From Alphaproteobacteria bacterium (GTDB taxonomy: Bacteria; Pseudomonadota; Alphaproteobacteria; MPNO01; UBA830), in contig OZ251539.1 in NCBI GenBank assembly GCA_965243135.1, positions 5,600,001 through 5,664,000 of the forward strand: 64,000 nucleotides of DNA, written 5' to 3'. A program made the translations under genes and the position numbers. A model generated the notes under the pieces. The model was given only the letters and a program-made list of their open reading frames with translations. It ran no database searches and was not told the DNA's origin. Position 1 is the first letter of the stretch. The number at the start of each line of letters is the position of its first letter. This document shows positions 10,412 through 21,198 of this stretch, in pieces.

Positions 10412-11523
10412 TGGCGGGGCCGCTTTCCGGCGTGCTGGTCCTGGATTTTTCGACCTTGCTGCCGGGGCCGATGGCGAGCTTGCTGCTCGCCGAGGCGGGT
10501 GCCGAAGTCGTCAAGATCGAACGGCCCGGCGGGGAGGACATGCGCCGGTACGAACCGCGCTGGGGGAGGGACAGCGTGAACTTCGCGATGCTCAACCGCG
10601 GCAAGAAGAGCATCGCGCTCGACCTCAAGGACGCCGACGCCCGGGCGAAGCTGAGGCCGCTGGTCGAACGCGCCGACGTCGTGCTCGAACAATTCCGGCC
10701 GGGCGTGATGGAACGGCTGGGTTTCGATTACGAGACGGCGCGGAAGATCAATCCCGGCATCGTCTACTGTTCGATCACCGGTTACGGGCAGGACGGGCGA
10801 AGGCGCGACAGGGCGGGGCACGATCTCAACTACATCGGCGACACCGGGCTGCTGTCGCTGAGCATGGGGAACGCGGACCGACCGGTGGTGCCGCCGGCGC
10901 TGATCGCGGACATCGCGGGCGGCGCCTGGCCGGCCGTAATGAACGTTCTGCTTGCCCTGCGCGACCGCGACCGCACCGGCTCGGGCACGCATATCGACGT
11001 CGCGATGGCCGACAACCTTTTTCCGTTCATGTATTGGGCGCTGGGGAACGGTCAGGCTGCGGGCGTCTGGCCGGAAAACGGCGGAGATCTCGTGACCGGC
11101 GGCTCGCCGCGCTACAGGCTGTACCCGACGGCCGACGGCCGTTTCGTAGCGGCGGCGCCGCTGGAGGACAGGTTCTGGACCGCCTTCGCCGAGGCTATCG
11201 GACTCGAGGCGGCGTATCGCGACGATGCCGTCGATCCGGCAGCGACGTCCGCCCGCGTCTCCGAAATCATCCGGGCGGAGCCCGCAGCTCGCTGGGAAGT
11301 CGCGTTCGCGGAGGCCGATTGCTGCGCGACCGTCGTGAAGACCGTCGAGGAGGCTTTGGCCGACCCGCATTTTCGCGCGCGCGGGCTTTTCGATGCCGGG
11401 CTGACCAACGAGGAGGGCGACGAGATCGCGGCGTTGCCCGTGCCCGTTGCGCCGCAGTTCAGGGTTGCGAGGAGCGCGGTTCTGTCGGCGCCTGCGCCGG
11501 GGGACGACAACGGCGAAATCTGA
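10411..11523 (+). CDS. CaiB/BaiF class III CoA transferase
   Basis: PLSGVLVLDF, NRGKKS, FRPGVMERLG, GHDLNY. Confidence 0.95.
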   Translation: MAGPLSGVLVLDFSTLLPGPMASLLLAEAGAEVVKIERPGGEDMRRYEPRWGRDSVNFAMLNRGKKSIALDLKDADARAKLRPLVERADVVLEQFRPGVMERLGFDYETARKINPGIVYCSITGYGQDGRRRDRAGHDLNYIGDTGLLSLSMGNADRPVVPPALIADIAGGAWPAVMNVLLALRDRDRTGSGTHIDVAMADNLFPFMYWALGNGQAAGVWPENGGDLVTGGSPRYRLYPTADGRFVAAAPLEDRFWTAFAEAIGLEAAYRDDAVDPAATSARVSEIIRAEPAARWEVAFAEADCCATVVKTVEEALADPHFRARGLFDAGLTNEEGDEIAALPVPVAPQFRVARSAVLSAPAPGDDNGEI

Positions 11524-11673
11524 GTCGCCGGCCGGTCCCCGCAAGCGGGCCGGCGCGGCGAGCCGCACCGCCTGGCAGCGCGCCGCTCTACGCCTCGACC
11601 GGACAGACGCCGTCCGCGGCCCGGGTTCTCGCCCGGAGTTCGGCGGTCGGAGACCGGGCGCGCCGCGGTTCGT

Positions 11674-14600
11674 TCAGAACCGCGCCGTCAGGTCGACGCC
11701 GCCGCCGAACTCGTAGCTGTCGCCGCCCGTGGCCCAGCTCGCCGCGCCGCGAAGCGCGTAGCGCCCGTCGCCCCATGCATGGACGCCGCCCAGCTTCAGG
11801 CGCACCCACATCGGCTCGACGGTCGACCGCAGCTCCGTCCCCGACACCGTCACCTTCCGGTCCTTCGAAAACTCGCGCTCCGCGTCCACCGAGCCGAACA
11901 TGCGGATTCCCGAGGCCGCGTCCGTCGCCGCCCCGATGCCCGCGCGGCCCTTCAGACTCCGACCGCCCGTCAGGGATACGCGCGCTCCGACCGAGTCCGA
12001 GAAGTCGTTCATGGAGACCGTCGAACGGGTCATCGAGATTCGCGGCGTGAGAACCACGCCGCCCGCCACGGTCCGCCGCCCGACCTCCATGCCGACGGCA
12101 TGACCGCGCCCCGACGCGCCGCCCTTGAGCGCGCCCCGCGACGCCATGTCGGCATCGTACCAGGTCCACTCCGCCTGGAGGTCCATATAGGCGGCTTCGT
12201 CGAGCCGGGCGGTCCAGGAGACCCCGACGCCGACGCCCGACAGATCGATCTTGCCGCCGTTCGACACCTTCGCCGACCCGCCGCGGCGGTGCGCCGAGAC
12301 GCCGAACAGGCCGTTCTCGGAGACCGGGCCCCGGAAACCCGCCCAGACGCCGTAGCGGTTGTGGTCGTAACCCAACCCCGTCGTTTCCGACCTCTCCGCG
12401 CGCTGCTTGCCGCGGAAGGACTCCACAAGCGCCCAGCCGCCCCGCGCCGAGCCCGCCGCCATCCGCTCCCGGAACTCCGGCAAGCCGTTCAACCTCAGCA
12501 GCGTCGACGGCAGCGCTTCGTACACGCGGGCGCGCGGCGCGTAGACCGCCTTCAACGAGACGCCGCCGTCGCCGTCCGCCTCCACGCCGACGTCGAAGGC
12601 GCCGTCCGGGACCGAGCGCGTCGAATCGGGATCCCCCAAGCGGGTGACGGTCCCGTCCGAGGCGCGGTACGCCACCTCGGGTATGCCGTCCTTATCCCGC
12701 ATCGCGCCCGGAATCCGGCGGATGGCCTCGAGGGGCCCCTCCCCGGGCTTTTGCTGGATCTCCACCACCAGATCGCCTCGCTCGCTCGTGATGGCTTCGT
12801 TCTCGACGCCCGTGATCCGACCGTCCGCCCCGACCGTCACCCTTCCGCCACCGTCGAGCCGCACGCGGCCAGCCGTGCCGCCCACCGTCACCGCGCTGTC
12901 CTTGCCGGCCACGTCGATGGTCCCCGTGACCGTACTGCCGGCCTCCGTCTCGACCCTCGCGGGACGATCCCCAAGATCGACGACGTCCCCCTCGATCTTG
13001 CCGCCGGCCGCTACCGCCACGCTCAGAGCGTCGGCCGCGTTCCGGACCGCGACGCCCTCGATTCCCCCGATCCGTCCCGTCGCGCCCACCGTCACCGCGC
13101 CGCCGTTGTCGAACCGCACTTGCCCGGCCGCGCCGTGCACCGTCACCGTGCTCGCGGCCAGATGGATAGCGCCCGTCACCGTCCCGCCGTTCGACACCGT
13201 GACCGTGTGCTCGCCCGCGCCACGACCGAAAACGTTGCCCTCGACCGTGCCCGCCACCGTCACCGACAGGTCGCCGGCAGCGCTGCGGATCGCTTCCCCC
13301 GAAATCCCCGCGATCCGTCCCGTCCTGGCCACCGTGACCGTCGCGCCGCCGGCGTAGAGGAGCCGCCCGACGCTGCCGCGCACCGTCAGCGGGCCGACGG
13401 GATCGTGGACCGTTCCCGTCACCTCGCTTCCGGCTTCCGACGCGAACCGCAACGCGCCGCCTCCCGTGTTGCGAATGTCGCCCTCCACCGCGCCGGCCAC
13501 CGTCACCGACAGGTCGCCGGCAGCATTGCGGATCGTTTCCCCCGAAACCCCAGCGATCCGTCCCGTCCTGGCTACCGTGACCGTCGCGCCGTCGGCGTAG
13601 AGGAGCCGCCCGACGCTGCCGCGCACCGTCAGAGGGCCGACGGGGTCGTGGACCGTTCCCGTCACCTCGCTTCCGGCTTCCGAAGCGAATCGCAACGCGC
13701 CGCCGCCCATGTTGCGGATGTCGCCCTCCACCGTGCCGCCCACCGTCACCGACAGGTCGCCCGTGCCGTCGGAAAGGATGCCGTCGCCCGAAGTCGCGCC
13801 GATCCGCCCGGTCGCGCCGACTTTCACCGTCCCGCCGCCGGCCAGATGCACGCCCGCCCCGGTCCCGCCCATGACCGAGCCGTTCACCGTCACCGTCTGA
13901 TCCCGAAGGCCGCCGTCCCCCGCTGCGAGACCCGCCCCGCTCACGTAGATGCCGTGGCGTTCGCCCGAGACGGTGGCGCCATCGGCCACGGTCACCGCGA
14001 TGGCGCCGTTGCGGTCATGGGTCAGCACATAGCGTGCGTAAACGCCGTCGCCTTTGGCGGTGCCGTCGCTCTTGGCAGTAATGGTGCCGCCGGTGACGTC
14101 CACCGAGATGTCGCCAGCGTTGTAGCTCATGGCGCGAAGCCGGACGCCGTCCTTCCAGTTGTCCGTATAGTCGGCGGGAAGCGCGGCGAGCGCCGCCTCC
14201 AGGTCGCCGCCCGTCAGGACGGCCGCCAGCACCGTCCGTTCGTCGTCCGAGAGCGTCCCGCCGAGGCCGCCGCGCCGGACGTAATCCGCTATCTCGGTGT
14301 GGGAAAGCGCCATGGCGCGGATGCCCGCGCGGGGGATGTCCAGAATCTCGACCGCCGCCTCCTCCGCCAGTCTGGCGTTGGCCCCCGGAGCGTTTCCCTG
14401 GGAGCCATGGTGATCCGTCCGCTCCGCGCCGCGCGCGGCCTGGAAGGCCCGCATGCGCGCCTTCCAGGCGTCGTCGTAATCATCGGGAAGCGCGCCCAGC
14501 GCCGTGTCCAGCGCGTCCGAATCGCCTCCCTCGATCGCGTCGAGGACGGCCTGCTCGCCCGCCTGAAGCGTCCCGTCGTCGCCCGCCACGGCGGCGCGGA

Positions 14601-15852
14601 TCCAGGCGTCCATCACGTTCTCGCCCACCGTGACGTCGCCGCTGGAGGTGACGTGAATCATGGGCGCGGTTCCGGCCGTCTCGTCCGCGGCCTCGTTTCC
14701 GTCTCCGAAGGTGGAGCCGCTCCGGGGCTCGGCCCAGGCGAGAATGCCCGCGTCCCGGGCCTCGATCCGGCCCCGCGCCGCGATGACGACGCGACCCGCC
14801 GCGTTCGCGGAGGGCATCAACCGGCCGTAGACGCCGTTGGCGAAGGGCGCCGCGACCCGCGTCGCCGCGCCGACCGTCGCATCGAGGATGCCGTTGCCGA
14901 CGTGAAGCGAATAGACGCCGACGCTGCCCTCGCCTTCCGCCACGATGACGGCTTCGCCCGATACGTCGACCGTGACGTCGCCCTCGCCCGAATGGACGCC
15001 GTTGACGGCTCGGGTGAATCGTCCCCTGGTCGTGACGGAGGCGCCCGACACGCTCGCGTCGGCGTTTCCGGTCCCGCCAATTTTCCCGCTATAGACGCCG
15101 TGGGCGAGGAAGCCGTTCGTCTCGATGGAGCCGCCCTGAACGTCGACGTCGACGTCTCCCGTCGGACCCTGTTGATAGCCGAAGATGCCGAGGGAGTTGG
15201 CTCCCTCCGTCCTCATGACGACGTCCTTCGTGTCGATGTCGATGTCGCCCGTGACCTGTAGCCAGCCGGTGACGCCCTGGCTGACGCCTCCTCCCGTCGT
15301 CGTGAGGGAGCCGCCCGACACGTCGATCTTGATGTTGCCCGTCCCGGCCTGGCGACGGACGTATACGGTGTTGCCGTTGTCGTTGGCCGTCGTGATGTCG
15401 ACGTTCTTCACCGTGACGGCGACGTCGCCGCTTCCGCCGTTGCTCCAGCTGCGGATGCCTTTCGCCCAGTTGCCCGAGGACGACAGGGAACCGCCCGTCA
15501 CCTCGATGGTGACGCTCCCCGTGCCGTAGGTGTCGGCGGTGACGGGGGACTCGTTGTGGCCCGTCAGCGAGATGTCGGGGTTGCGGAGGTTGATGTGGAC
15601 GTCTCTCGTCTCGCTGGCGGCGCGGTCGCATACGACGATCGTCGTGCGGCCGGTCACGACGTCGCCCGCGCACAGGTTCTGCGCCGCCGCCTCTCCCGCG
15701 CCGAGTGCGAGGGCGAATCCCAAGGCGAGCGCGGCCGGCATGCAAACGCTGCTTTGCCTTGCAGGACAGGCGCTGCCGCCAAGGCGTCCGCGAAGCGTTC
15801 TCGGGGTCGAGGGGGAGGCGGGCGCAACCCGCCGTCCGAAAAAGTCCATCAT
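11674..15852 (-). CDS. Autotransporter (type Va) with G/T/V-rich beta-helical passenger
   Basis: 1392 aa; hydrophobic signal ending AAAQ, repetitive passenger, ARVYEALP linker, barrel ending VDLTARF. Confidence 0.88.
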   Translation of the reverse strand: MMDFFGRRVAPASPSTPRTLRGRLGGSACPARQSSVCMPAALALGFALALGAGEAAAQNLCAGDVVTGRTTIVVCDRAASETRDVHINLRNPDISLTGHNESPVTADTYGTGSVTIEVTGGSLSSSGNWAKGIRSWSNGGSGDVAVTVKNVDITTANDNGNTVYVRRQAGTGNIKIDVSGGSLTTTGGGVSQGVTGWLQVTGDIDIDTKDVVMRTEGANSLGIFGYQQGPTGDVDVDVQGGSIETNGFLAHGVYSGKIGGTGNADASVSGASVTTRGRFTRAVNGVHSGEGDVTVDVSGEAVIVAEGEGSVGVYSLHVGNGILDATVGAATRVAAPFANGVYGRLMPSANAAGRVVIAARGRIEARDAGILAWAEPRSGSTFGDGNEAADETAGTAPMIHVTSSGDVTVGENVMDAWIRAAVAGDDGTLQAGEQAVLDAIEGGDSDALDTALGALPDDYDDAWKARMRAFQAARGAERTDHHGSQGNAPGANARLAEEAAVEILDIPRAGIRAMALSHTEIADYVRRGGLGGTLSDDERTVLAAVLTGGDLEAALAALPADYTDNWKDGVRLRAMSYNAGDISVDVTGGTITAKSDGTAKGDGVYARYVLTHDRNGAIAVTVADGATVSGERHGIYVSGAGLAAGDGGLRDQTVTVNGSVMGGTGAGVHLAGGGTVKVGATGRIGATSGDGILSDGTGDLSVTVGGTVEGDIRNMGGGALRFASEAGSEVTGTVHDPVGPLTVRGSVGRLLYADGATVTVARTGRIAGVSGETIRNAAGDLSVTVAGAVEGDIRNTGGGALRFASEAGSEVTGTVHDPVGPLTVRGSVGRLLYAGGATVTVARTGRIAGISGEAIRSAAGDLSVTVAGTVEGNVFGRGAGEHTVTVSNGGTVTGAIHLAASTVTVHGAAGQVRFDNGGAVTVGATGRIGGIEGVAVRNAADALSVAVAAGGKIEGDVVDLGDRPARVETEAGSTVTGTIDVAGKDSAVTVGGTAGRVRLDGGGRVTVGADGRITGVENEAITSERGDLVVEIQQKPGEGPLEAIRRIPGAMRDKDGIPEVAYRASDGTVTRLGDPDSTRSVPDGAFDVGVEADGDGGVSLKAVYAPRARVYEALPSTLLRLNGLPEFRERMAAGSARGGWALVESFRGKQRAERSETTGLGYDHNRYGVWAGFRGPVSENGLFGVSAHRRGGSAKVSNGGKIDLSGVGVGVSWTARLDEAAYMDLQAEWTWYDADMASRGALKGGASGRGHAVGMEVGRRTVAGGVVLTPRISMTRSTVSMNDFSDSVGARVSLTGGRSLKGRAGIGAATDAASGIRMFGSVDAEREFSKDRKVTVSGTELRSTVEPMWVRLKLGGVHAWGDGRYALRGAASWATGGDSYEFGGGVDLTARF
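13245..13760. repeat. 243-bp (81 aa) tandem duplication in the autotransporter passenger
   Basis: GATCCGTCCCGTCCTGGC at 13312 and 13555; the protein repeats GDLSVTV..GDIRN.GGGALRFASEAGSEVTGTVHDPVGPLTVRGSVGRLLYA. Confidence 0.9.
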
Positions 15853-16455
15853 GTCGCGTTCTCCAAGCCATCGGAGCGATTCGATTTCAGCGTGGTCCCC
15901 TCGTCCGTGATGGAAACACGATCACTAAGGGGAACTCCGTGACGGAGTCCGACGCCGCCAGCGTTTCGGTACGATAGCATTTTTTCGAACGTTTATCGCC
16001 TGCCGTGCGTCGGCGGCAATTCGCGTTAAGAGTTGCAAATTCCGAAAACTCGCCAAACTGGCTGAAATCGAACGTTTTCGGGTGCGGGTCGGCGGCAAAA
16101 CGCTACCCGGCAAATGCACTCCAAATCTTGAATTCGTCGCGTTTGGGCCAAGCTGTTGGAAATTTCCAGTCAAGTTCCAAGGCGACAGGCCTTCGCGGGC
16201 CGGAGACCGGCCCGCCGCCGCGGTTTCAGAAGCGCATCGCGAGGCTGATTCCGCTGTCGAATTCGCCGTTGCCGCTGCCGCGGGCGGCCGAGAAAAAAAC
16301 GGAGCGTCAGGAGACTCTGGTTTCCGCGAAACTCGGGTTGTCGTAGTTGGCGGATGCCATCGCTTGCGTTGCGACCCGGCGGCGCGTCATGGGGCAGCGG
16401 CGCCGCGTGGACTCGTTCCGGCAAGGATCTACAATGACGGCCGGGCAGGAGGCGA

Positions 16456-18081
16456 ATGCGGGAATACGATTACATCATCGTCGGCGCGGGCAGCGCGGGT
16501 TGCGTGCTCGCGTATCGACTGAGCGCCGCGTCCGATGTTCGCGTGCTTGTGTTGGAAGCCGGCGGCGCCGACACCGATCCGTTTATCGGAATTCCGATCG
16601 GCATCGGCCGGATGCACGGCAAGCGGGCGCATGACTGGGGCTACGATTCCGAACCCGAACCCGGTTTGCGCGGCCGCGAGATCGAGGCCATGCGCGGCAA
16701 GGTTCTCGGCGGCTCGTCCTCCATCAACGTCATGGCCTACGTTCGTGGCAACCGGGGGGACTACGACCGCTGGGCGCGAAACGGCGCCGCCGGCTGGTCC
16801 TATGCCGATGTGTTGCCGTACTTCAAGCGCATGGAGACGTGGGAGGGGGGTGCCGATGCATGGCGCGGCGGCGATGGGCCGTTGCACACGCAGCGCGCCC
16901 GCTCCCCGGATCCTCTCTGGGACGCCTGGATAGCCGCGGGTCAGGCGGCCGGAATCGGATTTACGGAAGACTACAACGGCGAACGGCAGGAAGGGTTGGG
17001 CCGCAGCCAGTCGACGATCCATCGCGGCAGGCGCGACAGCGCCGCCCGCGCGTTCCTCCGGCCGGCCGCGAAGCGCTCCAACGTGACCGTGCTGACCGGA
17101 GCCCATGCGACGCGGGTGCTGCTGGACGGCGCGCGCGCCGTGGGAGTCGCGTATATCCGCGGCGGCAAGGCCCTTGAAGCGCGCGCGGCGCGCGAGGTCG
17201 TTCTTTCGGGCGGGGTCTTCAACTCGCCGCAGCTGTTGATGCTTTCGGGAATCGGCCCTGCGGACCATCTTCGCGACGTCGGCATCGATCCCGTCGTCGA
17301 CCTGCCGTGCGTCGGCGGAAATTTGCAGGACCATCTGGCCGTGATGCCCATGGCCTCTCGCCCGCGTCCGGGTCCCTTCCGGGATCTGATGCGGTTCGAT
17401 CGCATGGCCGCCGCACTGGCGCAGGCGCATTTCCTGGGGACCGGACCCGCGACGTTTCTGCCCGGCGGCCTTCACGGGTTCGTTCGAACCCGTTCGGACC
17501 GCGCGGTGCCGGACATCCAGTTCCTGTTCCGCGGCGCGCCGGCCGACGCCCGTCTCTGGTTTCCGGGATTCAGGCGGCCCTACGCCGACGGGTTCGGGTT
17601 GCGCCCGGTGCTCCTGCATCCCGAAAGTCGGGGCGCGGTTCGGCTGCGCTCCGCCGATCCGACGGAAAAGGTCCGCATCGTCCAGAATTTTCTCCAAACG
17701 GAAGGCGATCTCGTTACGCTGCGCGACGGCTTCAAGCTTGCGCGCGAACTGCTGAACCAATCGGCGCTCGACGAATTCCGCGGCGAGGAGATTTCTCCCG
17801 GGAAGGAGGTCGATACCGACGACCGAATAGACGACTGGATCCGCCGCACCGCGGTGACCGCCCACCATCCGTCGTGCACCGCGCCCATGGGGACGGGCGC
17901 GGACGCGGCGCTCGATACGGAATGCAAGGTGCGCGGCGTGGAGGCGCTCCGGGTCGTCGACGCCTCGGCGATGCCTGATCTCGTTTCCGGGAACATCAAT
18001 GCGGCGGTTCTGGCGATCGCCGAAAAGGCGAGCGACCATATTCTCGGCAAGACCCCGCTGCCGCGGGCCGAAACGCTCTGA
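16456..18081 (+). CDS. GMC family oxidoreductase (choline dehydrogenase-like)
   Basis: [40 protein letters not shown]. Confidence 0.95.
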   Translation: MREYDYIIVGAGSAGCVLAYRLSAASDVRVLVLEAGGADTDPFIGIPIGIGRMHGKRAHDWGYDSEPEPGLRGREIEAMRGKVLGGSSSINVMAYVRGNRGDYDRWARNGAAGWSYADVLPYFKRMETWEGGADAWRGGDGPLHTQRARSPDPLWDAWIAAGQAAGIGFTEDYNGERQEGLGRSQSTIHRGRRDSAARAFLRPAAKRSNVTVLTGAHATRVLLDGARAVGVAYIRGGKALEARAAREVVLSGGVFNSPQLLMLSGIGPADHLRDVGIDPVVDLPCVGGNLQDHLAVMPMASRPRPGPFRDLMRFDRMAAALAQAHFLGTGPATFLPGGLHGFVRTRSDRAVPDIQFLFRGAPADARLWFPGFRRPYADGFGLRPVLLHPESRGAVRLRSADPTEKVRIVQNFLQTEGDLVTLRDGFKLARELLNQSALDEFRGEEISPGKEVDTDDRIDDWIRRTAVTAHHPSCTAPMGTGADAALDTECKVRGVEALRVVDASAMPDLVSGNINAAVLAIAEKASDHILGKTPLPRAETL

Positions 18082-18118
18082 AGCCGCGAACCGCGCGGCG
18101 CCGCGAGGGAACGAAGCC

Positions 18119-19336
18119 ATGGCGAACAAATTCGACGTGGGCGGGATCGAACTCGATCGGCCCTTCAAGATTCGCAGGCTGGGACATTTCGGGTTCTATG
18201 CGCGCGACATGGAGGCCTCCCTTCGGTTCTATCGCGATTTGCTCGGCTTTCAGGTCACCGACGAACTCGACTTCGCTCCCCGGGCGCGGAATCCGGAGGA
18301 TCTGGAGGGTCAGGGCGACACGCGCGGATATTTCATGCGGTACGGTACGGACCACCATGCGTTCGTCCTGTTTCCCTATCGCGTTCGAAAGGCGATCGAT
18401 TACGACGGCGCGATGGCGGAGGGCGCGACCATGAACCAGATCACGTGGCAGGTCGGCAGCCTGCGGGAGGTCCGCGACGCCACCGACTGGTTCGACGAAG
18501 TCGGCGTTCGCTACGGGCGGACAGGGCGCGACCTGCCGGGCTCGAACTGGCACGTCTACCCCGCCGATCCCGAGGGGCGGGTGAACGAACTGTTCTACGG
18601 CATCGAGCAGATCGGCTGGAACGGGCTCTCGAAGCCGCGCGACATGTACGACAGGGACTTCAGGACGGCGCCGGAACTTCCCGTCGTCGGCGAGGCGGAG
18701 GAAGTCCGGGGCGCCCGGGAACGCGGCGTCGATCTCGCGGCGGGAACGAATTCGCTCGAGACGGGGCCCGCCGAATACAACGTGGGCGGCGTCATGCTGC
18801 CGCGCCCGTTCAAGGTGACGGGCATCGGTCCGGTGCGCCTGTTCTCCGGGCGGATGGAGGATGCGCTGACGTTTTACAGGGACAGGCTGGGCTTCGCCCT
18901 GACCGAGACCGTCGCCTGGAACGGCGGGAAATGCCGCTTTCTGCGCGTCGGCGCCGAGCACCATTCGCTGGCGCTCTATCCGATGGGGCTGCGGTCGGAA
19001 CTCGGTCTTTCCGACTGGTCGAACTGCTTCTCTTTCGGCGTCCGGCTCAACGATTACGCGCAGCTCAGGGACGCCGTCCGGTTTCTCGAACGAAACGGCG
19101 TCGAGATCCGCCGTTTGCCGCCGGATCTGTTTCCCGGAATCGACTACACCGCGTTCGCCATGGATCCGGACGGCCATGCCGTGCAACTCTACTACTACAT
19201 GGAGCAGATCGGCTGGGAAGGACTCCCGCGTCCCGCCCGCCTGCGGCGCCGGATAGACAACGACAACTGGCCCGAGACCCTTGACGCCGCGCCGGACGCC
19301 TTTGCCGGCGAGCAGTTTTCTGGACCTTGGGGATAG
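18119..19336 (+). CDS. VOC family protein (extradiol dioxygenase-like)
   Basis: RLGHFG, FYRDLLGF, DHH and DPEG motifs, repeated in two halves. Confidence 0.85.
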   Translation: MANKFDVGGIELDRPFKIRRLGHFGFYARDMEASLRFYRDLLGFQVTDELDFAPRARNPEDLEGQGDTRGYFMRYGTDHHAFVLFPYRVRKAIDYDGAMAEGATMNQITWQVGSLREVRDATDWFDEVGVRYGRTGRDLPGSNWHVYPADPEGRVNELFYGIEQIGWNGLSKPRDMYDRDFRTAPELPVVGEAEEVRGARERGVDLAAGTNSLETGPAEYNVGGVMLPRPFKVTGIGPVRLFSGRMEDALTFYRDRLGFALTETVAWNGGKCRFLRVGAEHHSLALYPMGLRSELGLSDWSNCFSFGVRLNDYAQLRDAVRFLERNGVEIRRLPPDLFPGIDYTAFAMDPDGHAVQLYYYMEQIGWEGLPRPARLRRRIDNDNWPETLDAAPDAFAGEQFSGPWG

Positions 19337-19743
19337 CGCGCGACGACGGCCGAACCGTCCGCGGCGACGACCCCGACGCAGGGTGCAAGATCGCCGCCGT
19401 CGCCGAAGCGCGGCAGCGTGACCGGCGGCGGCGATTAACCGCCGCGCCAGGCCGCGAACGGACGTCCGCTCGCTCTGAACGCGCCGCTCCTGCCCCGCGT
19501 CGCCGAACGCGTCGAAAAGCCGGCGGCGGCACCGAAGGCGGGTGTCCGCGACGCCGTCGTCTCGGAAAGGGCCGCGGACGTCCTGAGACAAGACATGTCC
19601 CCATCGAGGACGGCGCGCCGGGCGTCCCGCTGCCCGTAAGTTCCCGTCGTCCGCCGGAAAGCGCTTTCCCGGCTTCCATGCTCCGGTCGCAACCTGCGAC
19701 CGACGGCTCCGCCTTCTCGGCGCGACCTGTTCCTTGTTCAGAC

Positions 19744-19771
19744 TTGCTTTTTTAAAAGATAATTTTAGATT
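19744..19771 (+). promoter_or_regulatory. Putative sigma70-type promoter giving a leaderless mRNA
   Basis: TTGCTT-N16-TAGATT in an AT-rich patch, with ATG just downstream (19776) and no RBS. Confidence 0.35.
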
Positions 19772-19775
19772 AGCA

Positions 19776-20972
19776 ATGATGATTCCGCGCCAAGCGCATA
19801 AAGCCGTCACCGCCGCCTTGGGGCGACAAGCGGCAGTGGCCCTGATCGGACCGCGCCAGGTCGGCAAGACGACTCTCGCTCGCAACATCGTGCAGAACGC
19901 GGGAGGACTGTATCTGGACCTCGAGGCGGCCTCCGACCGGGCGAAACTCTCCGACGCCCGGCTTTTCCTCGACGAATACGAGGATCGCCTGGTCGTTCTC
20001 GACGAGATCCATCGCGCGCCCGGGCTGTTCGCGGAACTGCGCGGCATCATCGACCGGGGCCGGCGGCGCGGCAACCGGACCGGCCGTTTCCTGATGCTCG
20101 GATCGGCATCCATGGATTTGCTCGAACGGCCGGGCGAAACGTTGGCGGGGCGAATCGAGTTCGTTTCGCTCGGTCCCTTCGACGTGATGGACGTGTTGCC
20201 GGAAACCGCTTCCGTGACCGAACTGTGGGTGCGCGGCGGTTTCCCCGACAGCCTTCTGGCGGCAAGCGACGACGACAGCTCGGCCTTCCGCCGCAACTTC
20301 ATTCGCACCTACCTGGAACGCGACGTATCGGGGTTCGCCGGGCGGCGCATACCGTCGGAGACCCTGGCGCGTTTGTGGACCATGCTCGCCCACGGCCAGG
20401 GCGCGCTGCTGAACGCCTCGAAGCTGGCCGCCAGCCTGGCGCTCAGCGGTCCGACGGTGACCGGCTACGTCGATTTGCTGGTCGATCTGCTGTTGGTGCG
20501 CCGCCTGCGCCCTTTCCACGCCGACGTCCGCAAGCGTTTGGTCAAATCCCCCAAGGTCTACGTCCGGGACAGCGGTCTCGTCCATGCTCTGCTCGGCCTC
20601 GATGGCCACAACGCGCTCGCGGGACATCCGGTTGCGGGCGCGAGCTGGGAAGGTTTCGTCATCGAGAACCTGCTGGCCGCGGCTCCGCCCGGAACCGTCG
20701 CCGGTTTCTACCGCACCCGGGCCGGAGCCGAGATCGATCTGGTGCTGGAATTGCCGGGCGGCAGGGCGGCTTGGGCCGTCGAAATCAAGCTCGGGTTGAC
20801 GCCCGGGGTCAGTCGCGGATTCCGCAACGCCTGCGAGGATGTCGCGCCCGAGCGATCTTTCGTCGTCTATTCCGGCGATGACCGCTACCCGCTGTCGAGC
20901 GGCCTGGAAGTCATCGGCCTGCGCGAAATGACGGGACTGCTCCGGAGTCTCGCCGAAACGGATCGGCTGTGA
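19776..20972 (+). CDS. AAA_14 ATPase with DUF4143 domain
   Basis: GPRQVGKT, LDEIH, RGGFP, KSPKVYVRDSG, AEIDLV...VEIK. Confidence 0.92.
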   Translation: MMIPRQAHKAVTAALGRQAAVALIGPRQVGKTTLARNIVQNAGGLYLDLEAASDRAKLSDARLFLDEYEDRLVVLDEIHRAPGLFAELRGIIDRGRRRGNRTGRFLMLGSASMDLLERPGETLAGRIEFVSLGPFDVMDVLPETASVTELWVRGGFPDSLLAASDDDSSAFRRNFIRTYLERDVSGFAGRRIPSETLARLWTMLAHGQGALLNASKLAASLALSGPTVTGYVDLLVDLLLVRRLRPFHADVRKRLVKSPKVYVRDSGLVHALLGLDGHNALAGHPVAGASWEGFVIENLLAAAPPGTVAGFYRTRAGAEIDLVLELPGGRAAWAVEIKLGLTPGVSRGFRNACEDVAPERSFVVYSGDDRYPLSSGLEVIGLREMTGLLRSLAETDRL

Positions 20973-21198
20973 GAACCGGCCGTCGCCGCGGAAATCGTCC
21001 CGCTTGATGGACGGGCTGGCCGCCGCCGCCGCCCGCCCGGGGCTTGCCAGCGTGCGGCCATGCGGGATCAGCGCGAAGCCCCGCCGCCGCCGCCCGCCCG
21101 GAGCTTGCCCGACTCCCGCCGCTTCTCGCCGCTCGGGCGCAGGCGACCGCGTCCGGCGGCAAGACGTCGCTCCGTTCGCCTGCGCCGGGCGGGTCGCG

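Noticed and set aside
11779-15261. 1160-aa plus-strand ORF and many other long Arg/Pro-rich ORFs
   Set aside because: They are antisense or off-frame shadows of real genes in high-GC DNA and carry no motifs.
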